Positions 1 through 13,616 of a stretch of 64,000 nt of DNA are shown piece by piece. Origin of the DNA: Heptranchias perlo (Eukaryota). The translations under genes and the position numbers were made by a program. The notes below the pieces were generated by a model that was not told the origin of the DNA, searched no databases, and worked only from the letters and a program-made list of their open reading frames with translations. The stretch is taken from NCBI RefSeq assembly GCF_035084215.1, contig NC_090340.1, positions 2,852,001-2,916,000 of the forward strand, given 5' to 3'. Within the stretch, counting starts at the first letter, position 1. The number at the start of each line of letters is the position of its first letter.

Positions 1-190
1 TTCAAGACTAACAGGCCCAAGTTTTTTTTCCGAGCTTCATCCATTAACACAAAGATCTATATTAAGGATTTTCTGCAAGGCTTCATAACTTGCGTTTTGC
101 CGTTATCGTTTGGTGACCAAAAATAAACATAGCGCTCAAGGTGTGATCTGAGTACGGTAGTATGTCGTTCTTAGAATTATTACTATCTCA

Positions 191-572
191 CAGTTTAGAA
201 GTCTATAAAATAATGAGGGGCATAGATAAGGTAGATAGTCAAAATCTTTTCCCAAAGGTAGGGGAGTCTATAACGAGGGGGCATAGATTTAAGGTGGGAG
301 GGGAGAGATACAAAAGGGTGCAGAGGGGCAATTTTTTCACTCAAAGGGTGGTGAGTGTCTGGAACGAGCTGCCAGAGGCAGTAGTAGAGGCGGATACAAT
401 TTTGTCTTTTAAAAAGCATTTGGACAGTTACATGGGTAAGATGGGTATAGAGGGATATGGGCCAAGTGCAGGCAATTGGGACTAGCTTAGTGGTATAAAC
501 TGGGCGACATGGACATGTTGGGCCGAAGGGCCTGTTTCCATGTTGTAAACGTCTCTAATTCTATGATTCTAT
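191..572 (+). mobile_element. CR1 LINE 3' fragment (young subfamily)
   Basis: ORF2 C-terminus EVYKIMRG...TRGHRFKV...NFFTQRVVSVWNELP and ctatgattct tail; near-identical to the ends of the copies at 13856 and 29776. Confidence 0.9.
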
Positions 573-1451
573 TCAATACTGAACTGACCTTGCAACATAA
601 TTAGGCATACTATTCGCTTTGATCATTGCTGATCCACTCGCATTTTACATCTTAACTACTGAATCTACTGCCACGCCCAGATCTCTTTCTGCATCGTTTA
701 CTTTTGCTATTTCCAGAACATCGATAGTAATCTTGGACCAACCATTCTCCAACCAAATGTGCAATAAAGTTCATGCCCTGATGACAGACGTTTCATTCTC
801 GGGGCAAGGTGCCCACGTCCAATAAGCTGGATTGAAGGTGTATGGCACTATCTACTAGTTAATTACATCTCTTTATAATAAACTTTTGATCAATATGGCT
901 CTATTGGTCAATTTATGCTGCTCCAACAAATCAATAGGTGTCTGAACAGATACCAATGCCACTTCCTATTAAGTAAACATCTGGCAGCTAGCTGGCTTTT
1001 GTGAAAAATGTAGGTCAGATCTGAACCTTTCAAAGAGAACTGTATAGATAAGGTGAATTACCTTATGTGCGTTGCGGTATAATGCCGTGCATGAAGGCAC
1101 AGGCGAAAGCTGAGGGACATGGTTCTAAGTGAATAGCTCTTTCAGAGACGCGCGGATTCGAAAGGCAGTCCTGCTGTGATGGAAAATCTATGAATTGATC
1201 ACTCTAAGCAAGCTGCAGGAAACATGGTTACTCATGACATTTCATCCGACCTACTTCAGTGACCCACATACACTCTTAGACGCACTTCGGAACATAAGTT
1301 TGCAGGAGCAGGAAATATCATTTGAATTCGAAGGCCAGTTCCATCCCTCGTATTTGACACAATCTTCAATGGACCTGTCACTAAAAAAATCTACCCAACA
1401 AACAATTCAAATTTATAACATCTTCCACTACCTCTGTGAGTAAACTGTTTC

Positions 1452-2190
1452 ACATATTAGAGCTATACAGCACGGATAGAGGCCCTTCGGCCCATCGTGT
1501 CCGCGCCGGCCATCAAGCCCAGTCTAATCTAATCCCATATTCCAGCATTTGGTCCGTAGCCTTGTATGCTATGGCATTTCAAGTGCTCATCCAAATGCTT
1601 CTTGAATGTTGTGAGGGTTCCTGCCTCCACAACCCTCTCAGGCAGTGAGTTCCAGACTCCAACCACCCTCTGGGTGAAAACGTTCTTTCTCAAATCCCCT
1701 CTAAACCTCCCGCCTTTTACCTTGAATCTATGCCCCCTTGTTATAGAACCCTCAAAGAAGGGAAAAAGCTCCTTAGTATCCATCCTATCTGTGCCCCTCA
1801 TAATTTTGTACACCTCAATCATGTCCCCCTTCAGCCTCCTCTGCTCCAAGGAAAACAAACCCAATCTTCCCAGTCTCTCTTCATAGCTGAAGCGCTCCAG
1901 CCCTGGTAACATCCTGGTGAATCTCCTCTGCACCCTCTCCAAAGCGATCACATCCTTCCTGTAGTGCGGCGACCAGAACTGCACACAGTACTCCAGCTGT
2001 GGCCTAACCAGTGTTTTATACAGCTCCATCATAACCTCCTTGCTCTTATATTCTATGCCTCGGCTAATAAAGGTAAGTATCCCATATGCCTTCTTTACCA
2101 CCTTATCTACCTGTTCCGCCGCCTTCAGGGATCTGTGAACTTGCACACCAAGATCCATCTGACCCTCTGTCTTGCCTAGGGTCTTCCCAT
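1452..2190 (-). mobile_element. CR1 LINE 3' fragment
   Basis: ORF 1529-2233 contains LYKTLVRPQLEYCVQFWSP...TRGHRFK. Confidence 0.9.
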
Positions 2191-2339
2191 TCCCCAAACT
2201 TTGTCTGAACAAGTTATATCGTAGCTGGACCAAAATATGAAGTCAGGCCTGCGTTAAGGCCTGATTATTTTTTCACTCTTAGATAGATTTCGGCAATTCC
2301 TATAGAAGACTTATTTTCTTAGCTATTCTTGTGAGTTGG

Positions 2340-3930
2340 TGTGGAAGCAGGTCTTGCAGGTTTAGACCCTCCCCCTCACCCACCAGTCTCGCGAGGAGCA
2401 GTCTCTCCGCACCGCCCTGAACCGCTTAAATCTCCTATCTCCTTGAGGCTTCCCCATATTACTCCCATTCGCCACATGTCGGTACTTAGTGAAGTGCCGC
2501 TCTCACTTCCCTCCTACGCACACTGAGGCTCCAGGTGATCTCCGGTCGCCATTCCAGGTTCGAGTCTTTCCCGGAGGAGCCCACAGCTGCCCTCTGCTCT
2601 GCTTTGGCACCTTGTACTGTGTCTGGCTGGCTCTTCGCAATTGCCCCCTCCCCATCTCCCGTCAATGATCCCCCATGTTGATTCCTTAGGAATTCGTCTC
2701 TCTATCCTCTTCCCTTTCCTTCCTCACTGTCCCGTTGACGTCACCAAGGCGGACCTAACATACCAACTTCAGAAATGTCCACTTCCTTGTGAACATAGCC
2801 GATCCCATCTTGGGTGAAGCTATTTATATTGAACAACTGCTTAGACAAACACTTAATCTGCGTTGATTTCAACAATTGTCGAATTCAACTTATCGCTCCT
2901 TCTCTGATTTATCTGCCAGCTATCGTCCCTCAACCGTACCTGGAACATCAACTTGTCCAACCTCATCTATTGAGAACCTCGACCTATTGATCTGGCGAAT
3001 TTTCGTTGCAGCAAGGATCTGACACGACCAATTTGGATATGTTCTTCATCCCCATTACTACCAACGTCGCCCTACCTACCCTCAATCCCATTAACCTCAC
3101 CTGCCTGTGACAAAATTCCTACCAGCTTCCTGAGCCAAAACACTTTTCAATTGCCACTTCTTTCTCCTCTGGTCCTTCATGTAGTATGATACTGCTGCCT
3201 CTGTTGCCTTGCTCAAAAGTTCCCTCTATTCTGCCTCTGACACCCTCATCCCGAAGTAGCCACACAGTCAATGTTTCCTCGGTACATTTCTCTGTTCTGC
3301 AAATTTATGTCTGAGAGCCACGACTTGAATGCACCAGGTGAATGGCTGACTGAACAGCAGATATGGCTGGACGATGTCAGGAGAAAGAGTGTCACGCCTT
3401 TCATGGTCAAATCTCTCTGCTACTTTAGGATCATCCTGGAGGAGAAGGACGTTCCAGACTCCACCCCACAATGAACAATTGCCTCACCTGACTCCAGGCC
3501 TCATTTTCTCTTTTCCCACTTACAACGCCGTGTGAGGAGCATCTGATCACTTTGCTCTCAAAGAACGAGTCTGCTCAGGTGTCTGTCTCATTCAACGCGT
3601 ACGCCTATCCCTAGCCTTCTCTAAACCCTTTGTCATCCCTATCTGACCGCTTGTCACACTGTAACCTTGCTCTCACTTCTCCCATTCACAATACTTATCT
3701 CCTCCCTGAGCTCCATTTCCCGATCACTGGATCTTTTCCCACCCGAACCCTTGGCCAATTAACTTCACTGCTCACCGACATTGTCAGTGGATCGCTTATG
3801 ACAGATATAATTTCGCCAACGTTCAAATTGTCGTCATCTTCCCTTCCTAATAAATACCAGCCTGAAACACTTAACATTCTCTAACTCACACTCCATTTGT
3901 AACCTTTATCGGTCCTTGAGGATCCTTGCA
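2340..3930 (+). mobile_element. Probable highly decayed L2-like LINE
   Basis: C/T-rich stretch with fragmentary ORFs resembling L2 ORF2 composition. No intact motif seen; boundaries approximate. Confidence 0.35.
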
Positions 3931-3936
3931 CACATC

Positions 3937-5097
3937 ATCACTGGTAGAGTTCTGTTCTCACCTCTCTTATGGACTTCCAAAAAGAGTTGGAAAAAGTGCC
4001 TGTGAGCAAAGTTGAAACCGATGGAATAAAAAGGACAGTGGCAGCACGGATACGAAATTGGCGAAGTGACAGGAAACAGAGAGCAGTTGTGAACGGTTGT
4101 TTTTCGGACTGGAGGAAGGTATACAGTGGTGTTCCACAGGAGTCGGTACTAGGGCCATTGCTTTTCTTGATATATGGCTGTACCGGGCACAATTTCAAAA
4201 TTTGCAGATGGCACAAAACTTGGAAGTGTAGTGAACATTGAGGAGGATAGTAATAGACTTGAAAAGGACATAGGCAGGCTGATGGAATGGGCTGGCAAGC
4301 GGCAGATGAAATATAACGCATAGAAGTGCGAAGTGATACATTTTGGTAGGAAGAACGAGGAACGGCAATATAAAGTAAAGTGTAAAATTCTAAAAGGGGT
4401 GCAGGAACAGAGAGTCCTGGGGAAGATGTGCAGAAATCGCTGAAGGTGGCAGGACAGATTGAGAAAGCAGGATCTTGGGCTTTATAAATAGGGGCATAGA
4501 GTACCAAAGCAAGGAAGCTATGATGAACCATTATAAAACACTGGTTCGGCCACAACTGGAGCATTGTGTCTAATTCTGGGCACCGCACTTTTGGAAGGAT
4601 GTGAAGGTCTTAGAGAGGGTGCAGGAAGGATTTACTAGAATGGTTCCATGGATGAGGGACTTTTGTTACGTGGATAGACTGGAGAAGCTGGGGTTGTTCT
4701 CCTTAGATCAGAGAAGGTTGCGAGGAGATTTGATAGAGGTGTTCAAAATCATGAGGGGTCTATACAGAGTAGATAGAGAGAAGCTGTTCCCATTGGCGGG
4801 AGGGTCGAGAACCAGAGGACGCAGATTTAAAGTAATTGGCAATACTACTAAAGGCGACATTAGGAAAAACTTTTTTACGCAGCGAGTTATGATGATCTGG
4901 AATGCACTGCCTGAAAGGTTGGTGGAGGCGGATTCAATCGTGGCTTTCAAAATGGAATTAGATGAGTTCTTGAAAGAACACGAATGCAGGGTTACGGGGC
5001 AAAGGGTGGGGAGTGGGACTAACTGGATTGCAGACTGCCGGCACGGGCTCGACGGGCCGAATGGCCTCCTTCAGTGCTGTAACCATTCTATGATTCT
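3937..5097 (+). mobile_element. CR1 LINE RT/3' fragment
   Basis: SGVPQESVLGPLLF, LERVQ..FTRM, NFFTQRV..WNALP; tail ccattctatgattct. Confidence 0.9.
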
Positions 5098-6559
5098 ATT
5101 ACAATTTCGGAAAACGCTTTCCAAAAGGAGCCCCAGGGGATGAAAGATGCGGAGAACCGACGTTGTTGAGTGGAGACTCATGAAACACTGCCTTTCAGTT
5201 AAGAACGTAGGGGTATTTCTTCATTGTACCTGCTTTTAAAAGAATCAGGCTTACGGAACATCAAGAGCATATGTAACCATTCGATGACTGTTAAGCGTGC
5301 AGCCGATTTCAGATTGATTGGAGGCAACTCCGCATGAGTTGTATCCTGACACATGGCTTCAAAGGGCTTCAGCACCCCTCGGATTATAAGTCTTTGCCAA
5401 GGAGATCTGCAGCGGATTCTCAATGGACAGAGTGTAGTGTAGCCTCTGTTTGATCGATGGAAGATCCAATAGATGCCATATAATCTCGCGTGCCATGTTG
5501 GAGAATGCTTTCTCTTCCAGTCTCCAAATTACTGGGATACAGACATATATCTCGCATTAAGTTTGCTTTCCTACAGAGATTAACTATGTGAAAGCATAGC
5601 CCAGTACTTGTGACACGGCGGAATGGACAATAATAATTCTACTTATTCTCAGGTCGCACCAGATGTGGGACATCCAGCCTGCCTTACATGGCTGAAAGAT
5701 TCTAGGGCGAGACTGCCCACGGAGCTGCAGAAGATATTCAGCAGGCCCATCTCATTGAAACAAGGTCCAATTAAATCCTAACAAACACGGATAAGAAATC
5801 AAGTAGAGAATTTCACTTCACCAAAATTATGAGTCAATTCTGTGCTCTGGGTTTTAGTGCAAACATTATGGTATTCGGTCTCAAATGAGCGGAAATCTTC
5901 TTCCAATTTAATTCCATTCATCGACCAGGGCACATCCATTTCTGAGAGTCATAGCATACTGGCAGAACTGAAACAACTCTTGGTTCATGTTATTGAATCG
6001 ATACATTTTATTTAGTTACAATGAGAAATATTTCATTACGCGAGAGTCAATTAAATACCCATTGATATTAGCAATGTTGTGTTTAAAGTTTTATTTGACC
6101 TTATTTTCGAAATCTTAACACATGTATTATCAATTATACAGTGCAATGTGCTTTAAAAGGTTTAAAATCTCACAGAACGAGAAATCGAGCCGCTGCCCCG
6201 AGGGACCCTCCACATTACCTTCTCTAATTCTTAACCTTCCAATTTTAGTTTCAGCTCCACCATTAAGCCAATTTAATCAAGAAAACACCAAGCTCCAAAA
6301 CTTTAGAAGACAGGGAAATTGGAAAACATAGAAAAGTGAAAGCTTTAACTTCGACTAGTTTTAAATTACATTGCGTTACCCAAAGTAAGCGCATTGAACA
6401 GTCCGCGATTTATCGGATTATAATCATTATTTAATTTCATGGAATATTTTTTTTCCTTCAATAAAATTCACGATGATGAACAAAACATTGAAAAAGTTTG
6501 CTTTGACAATTGTTTCATGCACAGAACTTGTTTGCTGTTGAGAAAGTTCACGGAATGGT

Positions 6560-9522
6560 AATATTACCACTGGGGCAGTCTTGCAGGAGGGATGAGATCC
6601 TCCAGGCAGGTTTTAAGGAGTTATGGAAGAGATTAACCAGCAGGACCTCAAAGGTAGTATTCACCAGGTGCCACGCACTAGCGAGTATAGAAATAAAACG
6701 ATAGAGCAGATGAATGCGTGACTGGAGAGATGGTGCAGGAGGGAGGGCTTAAGATTCCTGGGGCATTGGGACCAGTTCTGGGGGAGGTAGGACTTGTACA
6801 TCCGGACGGTTCGCACCTCAACGGAGTTGGAACCAATGTCCTCGCGGGGAGGTTCGCTAGTGCTGTGGTGGCGGGGGGCGGGGGCGGGGTGCAGGGTGGG
6901 GGGGTGGTTAAACTAATTTGGCAGGGGGAAGGGCACCAGGATGTAGCATTGGAAATGAGAAACAAGGTGCACAAAGGATTGGGAGAGAAATATAGCACTA
7001 GAATAAGAAATAGTACTGTATTAGGTAGGATCAGACTAAGAGAGAGAGTACAAGAAAGTCTAAGATTGGTTTAAAATGCAAGTGTGTAAATGCACGAAGT
7101 ATGGTAAACAAGATTGGTGATCTGCAGGTGCAAATAGCCACATGGGAATATGATGCGGTGGTGATAGCGGAGACCTCGCTCAAAAAATGGCAGGAGTGGG
7201 TACTAAATATTCCTGGATAAAAGGTGTTCAGGAAAATAGGGAAGGAAAGAAATGCGGGGAGGTGGCAGTATTGATTTAGGAGAATGTTGCAGTGCTGGAG
7301 AGGGAGGATGTCCTGGAAGGGTCAAGGACAGAATCTAATTGTTTGGGGTAAGAAACAATAGAAGCGCCATTATACTACTGGGCGTATTCTATAGGCGACC
7401 AACTAGTGGGAAGGATATCGAGGAGCAAATTTACAGGGAAATTACAGAGAGGTGCAAAAGCCATAGAGTTGTGATAACGGTGGACTTACACTATCGTGAT
7501 TTAGACTGGGACAGCAATAGTAAAAGGGGCAAACAGCAGGAGGAATTGTTGACGTGTGTTCAGGAGAAGGTTCTTGACCAGAACGTTTCCAGCCCAATGA
7601 GGAAGAAGGCATTGCTGGATTTGGTTCTGGGGAATGAGCAGGGCCAAGTGGAGCAAGTGTCAGCGGGAGAATATTTCGGGAACAGCGATCATAGAATCAT
7701 AAGTTTTAGAATAACTATGGAAAAGGACATGGACCAACCAAAAGTAAAAATACTCATAGAAGGAGGGCCAATTTCAGTGGGATCAGAACAGATTTGGCAC
7801 GGGTAAATTGGAATCAAAGAATGGCAGGCAAAACTGTAATTGAACAGTGGGCGGCCTTTAAGGAGGAGATGGTTCAGATACAGTCTATGTACATTCCTAC
7901 GAGGAAGCAAGGTGGGGCAACTAAAGCCAGAGCTCCCTGGATGACAAAAAAGAGAGAGAGTAAGGTGAACCAGAAAAACGGGGCTTATGACAGATGTCAG
8001 GGTGATAAGTCAAGTGAGTGCCAGGCTGAATATAGAAAGTTCAGAGGGGAAGTGAGAAAGCAAATAAAAGGGGCAGAGTATAAGAATAGACTGGCAGCGA
8101 ACATAAATGGGAATCCAAAAGTCTTCTCTAGACATGTAAACAGTAAGAGGAGGGGTGAGGCCAATTAGGGACCAAAAAGGAGACCTACTCATGGAGGCAG
8201 AGGGCATGGCCCAGGTACTAAATGTATACTTTGCATCTATCTTTACCAAGGAAGAAGATGCTGCCAGAGTCTCAGTAAAGGAAGATGTAGTTGAGATAAT
8301 AGATGAGCTAAAAAATAATAAAAAGGAGGTACCAGAAAGGCTAGCTGTACTTAAAGTAGATAAGTCATCCGGTCCAGTTGGGATGCATCCTAGGTTGCTG
8401 ACTAAGGGTGGAAATTGCGGAGGTACTGGCCATAATGTTCCAAACATCCTTGGATATGGGGATGGTGCCAGAGGACTGGAGAATTGCAAACGTTAAACCC
8501 TTGTTCAGAACAGGGTGTAAAGATAAACCCAGCAACTATACGCCAGTCAATTTAACCTCAATGGTGGGGAAACTTTTAGAAACGATAATCCGGGACAGAA
8601 CTAGCAGTCACTTGGATAAGTGTGGATTGGTTAGGGAAAGCCAGCACGGATTTGTTAAAGGCAAATCGTGTTTAACTAACTTGATAGCGTATTTTGATGA
8701 AATAACAGAGAGGGTCGATGAGGGCAAAGCAGTTGATGTGGAAAATATGGACTTTCAAAAGGCGTTTTATAAAATACAGCATAAAAGGCTTGTCAACAAG
8801 ATTGAAACCCGTGGAATAAAGCTGGCAGTAGCAGCATGGTACAGAATTGGCGAAATAACTTGGTGCAGAGGTTGAGAAAGCGGTTAAAAATCATACCGGA
8901 CCCTGGGCTTTATAAATAGAGGCATAGAGTACAAAAGCAAAGAAGTTATCATGAACCTTTATAAAACACTGGTTCAGCCACAATTGAAGTATTGTGTCCA
9001 GTTCTGGGCACCCCACTTTAGGAAAGATGCGGAGGCATTGGAGAGGGTGCAGAAGAGATTTACTGGAATGATTGCAGGGGTGAAGGACTTTAGTTCTCTG
9101 GATAGACTGGAGAAGCTTGTCTATTCTCTTTGGAACAGAGAAGGTTGAGATGAGATTTGATAGAGGTATTCAAAATCATAAAGGGTCTAGACAGAGTAGA
9201 TAGAGAGTAACTGATCCCATTGGCGGCAGGGTCAAGAGCCAGAGAACATAGATTTAAGGCAATTAGCAAAAGAACCAAAGGTGACATGGGGAAAAGCTTT
9301 TTTACACAGCGAGTGGTTAGGATCTGGAATGCACTGTCTGAGGGGTGATGGAGGCGGATTCAATCATGGCCTTCAAAAGTGAACTGGATAAGTACTTGAA
9401 AGGAAAAAAAACACATGCAGGTGTACGGGGCTAGGGCGGGGGAGTGGCACTAGCCGGCGCCGTCTCGTTGGGCCAAATGGCCTCCTTCCATGCTGTAACC
9501 TTTCCATGATTCTGTGATTCTA
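6560..9522 (+). mobile_element. Long decayed CR1 LINE (ORF1 remnant, endonuclease, RT with internal deletion, 3' tail)
   Basis: DGSHLNGVGTNVLAGRF (ORF1 esterase-like), GVFYRRP/LDLVL/SDH (APE endonuclease), PEDWRIANV...QHGFVKGKSCLTNL (RT); many frameshifts. Confidence 0.88.
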
Positions 9523-9624
9523 TCACACAGGTGCACAGTAAAAATGCGATCAGTTAATCTTAACTTTTGCAAAGCACAGGAATTAGATAACTATCATTTC
9601 TAAAAATATTCAGCTATAAAGTAA

Positions 9625-9877
9625 TCGTTTTTATTGTAATACGTTGTGCGATATCATAGACTGACAGCCATGTCCGTTTCACTTGGTGACCGTCCCCTGG
9701 TTGCAGCACTTGTGAACACGACTGCATACTCTTACCCCACAGAACGCATCAAACAGAGCTTTGGAGGAACAACAATGTATCAAGTATCTTCACCTTTACC
9801 AATGTTATAGGCATTTTTTGTAACACATGACACCTGTTTTCCGATTAGCTGCTTCATTTCCCAGGTCGCAACAAGAT
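9625..9877 (-). other. Gene A: probable terminal exon (3' UTR) with polyadenylation signal
   Basis: Strong acceptor cccttttccgttgttgcag| at 9878-9879 and AATAAA on the minus strand near 9629-9634. If the upstream TAA were a sense codon, the phase-2 join would read RSCCDLGNEAANRKTGVMCYKKCL*. Confidence 0.5.
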
Positions 9878-11182
9878 CTGCAACAACGGAAAAGGGATTA
9901 GATTTTGGATAGGGTTGTCTTTTTTTTACATATCAGCGCTTCAGTGCTTTTACATAATCTGTAACTCATTCCCGCTATTTTTAAGTAACATATGTGGTTG
10001 CAATATTATATAAAATTATAAATATATGTTGCAGAATTATAGTACATTCTGAATTTCCAAACACCATTTTCTATAAAGTTGGAAACGGTTTTGTCACTTA
10101 GTACCGTTTAACTATATGACTGTTGACAAAAGTTTGGAATAAATCGGCAATCAATTACCTTTAAACACCTCTAAACCATATCTACACACGATGCACACAA
10201 AACTCTATTGCATTTCAGTTGCCGAATTGTACCAAGAGCTGTGCGGAGACTGGAGGGAGAGATAATTTCTCTCTGTTGTTTGCATAGAGCCGTTTATAAA
10301 ACGCGTTTACGACTTCGCAAATAAAACTCACAGAGTAAACCCCCTTCCCCCATTTATAGATTTTCCTGGTTAGACAATTATACGGATGTTTACTTTTTGA
10401 ACCCTAATAAAGCCTCTTGGAACGGGTAACATTGGAACATCATATTAAAATGAGTTTCCTGCTATTTGAGAAACAGGCAGCGAATTGCTCTAAATCAACT
10501 CCCCCTCATACCATTTCGACTTGCTTCGACATGACTACAATAAAGTTAACCTATATCTATTTTGCTATAATACTATGGCAAATATTTTACAATCAATTAG
10601 AAATCCCATATTTAAAGATATCCCGTGATTCTGCGATACTTTAGTAACACTTTCAAAGGAAAATAATCAGCTGTTCCAATGATATGTACGGGAATGTTTC
10701 TGTTTGATATCAAGGTGCAAATCCATCGCAACAATAAATGCCTCATTGACAAGCTGTATCGGATGAAAGTACAGTGGGGTATCGGAATAGAGGCTCTGGA
10801 TACGAATTAAGGAACTGAGAAACCAGGATTTTACTGTAATAAACCGATGAACCCTTGTTCAATATTAGATATGTTTAGATTATTCCACAAGTTACTAATA
10901 TTTTAAAATATGACAATTATTGTAGTAACTGATCATCAGCTCATCTGATAATACATAATCTGCAGTATGCCAGCTGTAGTCCGTGCTTTAACTGTGAAGT
11001 TCACCTTCTAAATGTACAATCCATTAATGATATGCACCAAGGTAAGTATATCTGCGTTAAAATAATCATGCGCCTGGACCATTTGTTTCGTATTTCCAGG
11101 GCTTCCGCAAAAGTTACTGCGAGATATCGGGTGAACTGCGGCAATTCTCCCCCATGGTCTGTAATTAGAAATTTTCCTACCT

Positions 11183-11292
11183 TTAAATGGGCGTTGATTT
11201 GAAATGGTCCACAATGATAATCGTCAGCAATAGAATCACCAGGAAGCACAATGCAAACCGAGGAATCAGAGAAACGTGAACATCAACAAAAT
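11183..11292 (-). CDS. Gene A: transmembrane exon with Arg and Asp and almost no tail (activating-type receptor)
   Basis: Not in the ORF track. Acceptor ttaattttag|, phase 1, reads DFVDVHVSLIPRFALCFLVILLLTIIIVDHFKSTPI*. TAA at 11183-11185 is followed by AG|gtagga (exon ends 11181). Aligns with the second TM exon at 52482-52596. Confidence 0.85.
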
Positions 11293-12312
11293 CTAAAATT
11301 AATGGAATACACACAAAGGATCTGATTATTATGGGTTCTATGCTGTAACTATAATTGCATGAAATAAATGAAAAGACGAATCAGGTACAGGAGTGAAATA
11401 AATTAATTCTGAATCGCCGTGTCACTACCTACATTAGGAGGGACATCTAGGATTTGGGTTTAGAACCAGCAATAAAACCGATTGTTTCTGTTCTAATTTC
11501 AGTTTCCTTTATATGAAACATTAACGACCGAGGTTATGTTAACTTTATTTAAGTTACTATCGAACGGTTCATCACTAGAAAGCTGTTCACATGAAATTCA
11601 CATTTTTTTTTACATAACGTCCGAAACTGCTCCATGTTCCGCTCTGTACCAGGTTCACTGGGTCGAAAACCAAATGTAAAATGTTCCAGAGAAAAAAGGT
11701 GTTTTCTCTTTAATTTTACCTCGGTGTAGCAGAAGAACCAATTAATATGCACCTGATTATCAGTTTATTCTTTGGAAGGCGAAATGGTTTATTTTGTTTT
11801 GTTTTTTCTGATGGAGTGAAGCATTCCAGATTAATCTGAGAAATAAAATTGCAGAGTAACTAATTTTATTTGGACGCATTTCACAGCGCTTAAAACCGGG
11901 GCGTCAACAATGTTGCTGGAATTAGCTAATTTTGAGTTATTCTGTGTAATTAATAAATCCACTTCGCAAATCGTTCTGTGTCGAGCTTTTTCTTTCCTTT
12001 CCACTGTCTGGCCCAGGATGTAGGTTTTGAGGAAGTTTTTTTATGTTGGAGAGAAACATAGCAAGGGAAATGATTTGCGAAGAGGATTTCCAGAGTGATC
12101 GAGCCTGTTGGGTGAATTATTTGCCATTGATCATAAAGCTCTGGGACAGCGGGCTACACAGCAGATCGGAGAGATGAGATCTGGGATTTCGGACTGGCGA
12201 AATTCTTGATGTGGCGTGGAGGAAAGCCACTGCTTTATAAGCAACGGCGTAAATTTTAATGTCAATTGGCCTAAAATACTTAATTGCGCCGCTAGGGATA
12301 TTTATTGCTCAC

Positions 12313-12624
12313 CTATTTTCCAATTCGGAGCTGTGAAGGTGACATTGGCTGGAATCTTGATCGTGGGGTGAGATACTTGACAGGTATAAACAGCCCCGTT
12401 CGGGACAGGTCGTGTGACTTTCAAAAAGCTGGAAAGTTCATACAGTCCTTCGGCATTCGGGTGCTTAATTGTCTTTATCCCGGTCGAAGTGCGAACGCTG
12501 TCCTTGTACCAACTTATGTTGATACTGTCTGGGTAAAAGGCAGCCGTTTTACACACAATAATTAAAATTCCGGATACATTACTCCCAGGTAATTCGGATT
12601 TAATACTCAACGGAATTGGAGGAA
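12313..12624 (-). CDS. Gene A: C1-set Ig domain exon
   Basis: Acceptor tttgttttgcag| and donor G|gtgagc; 312 nt, phase 1/1, in frame with the V exon. Translation VPPIPLSIK...IVCKTAAFYPDSINISWYKD...GLYELSSFLKV...YTCQVSHPT has the C1-set motifs CxxxxFYP, W and YTCxVxH. Confidence 0.92.
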
Positions 12625-12954
12625 CTGCAAAACAAATGAGAGACGGAGATGTTGCGACTCGTTTTTTTGTATAATTTAAGGTATTGAGGTAAGAATTTCT
12701 CCGTTATTATCTGCAATCACATAGTGCACCTGTCGGAAGATTTGTCTGTCCAGTGCTTCTTTTGCATATGGAAATAGCGATGTAAGAAAACTTCAAAAAC
12801 GTATTTAGGTATCTCTGTACATAGTGACCAGAGGCAATTTATCCCTATTATTCACCTTAAAGCGCTAAGAAATTGGCCTCGTTAACTTTATACAAGATAC
12901 ATCGAATATCTATTTAGAGAATCACTAGATCTGCATTATATACTGTATTGACCT

Positions 12955-13165
12955 ATTGTAAACAATTTTACAACACCAAGTTATAGTCCAACGATTTTAT
13001 TTTTAATCCCACAAGCTTTCGGGGACTTTCCCCTTCCTCAGGCGGAGGAAGGGGAAAGTCCCCGAAAGCTTGTGGGATTAAAAATAAAATCGTTGGACTA
13101 TAACTTGGTGTTGTAAAATTGTTTACAATTGTTAACCCCAGTCCATCACCGGCATCTCCACATCA
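12955..13165. mobile_element. Penelope-like inverted terminal-repeat insertion 1 with hammerhead ribozyme motif
   Basis: Perfect 85-bp inverted repeat (12955-13039 / 13045-13129), 5-nt loop, tail ...ccccagtccatcaccggcatctccacatca. TSD gtattgac(c/g)tat at 12945-12956 and 13167-13178. Minus strand reads CTGAGGA-A-GGGGA-AAG-TCCCC-GAAA-GCTT. Confidence 0.85.
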
Positions 13166-13210
13166 CGTATTGACGTATGGTATTGTTGATTATTATCTAT
13201 ATTTAAACTA

Positions 13211-13444
13211 TTGTAAGGAGTCGCACAACACCCGGTTATAGTCCAACAGCTTTATTTGAAATCACAAGCTTTCGGAGCTTTGGTCTTTCGTCAGGGATAT
13301 TTATGCTCACCTATTTTCCAATTCGGAGCTGTGAAGGTGACATTGGCTGACGAAGGAGCAAAGCTCCGAAAGCTTGTGATAACCTGGTGTTGTGCGACTC
13401 CTTACATTTGTCCACCCCAGTCCATCACCGTCATCTCCACATCA
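13211..13444. mobile_element. Penelope-like inverted terminal-repeat insertion 2 carrying a captured C1 exon fragment
   Basis: TSD tatttaaacta at 13200-13210 and 13445-13455. Inverted arms, with CTGACGA-A-GGAGC-AAA-GCTCC-GAAA-GCTT in the right arm and the same catca tail. Spacer 13293-13349 copies 12294-12351. Confidence 0.85.
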
Positions 13445-13616
13445 TATTTAAACTAATAAGGACCTTGTGAAACTTTGACACGAACATTTTGTTTCTTGTA
13501 AATATAATTTCCAATACATAATGAGGTAATTTTTCAGAAGAGAGTGAGAAATGTCATGATGTATTTTTAAAAAAGCATCGAGAGGAGGTTATCGTTGGAA
13601 AATCGTTTTATCCCTC

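Noticed and set aside
11005-11158. Open phase 1/2 pseudo-exon DHGGELPQFTRYLAV...MDCTFRR (within ORF 11001-11249) as the TM exon of gene A
   Set aside because: No continuous hydrophobic span. The exon at 11181-11292 is a clear TM and is homologous to the second TM exon.
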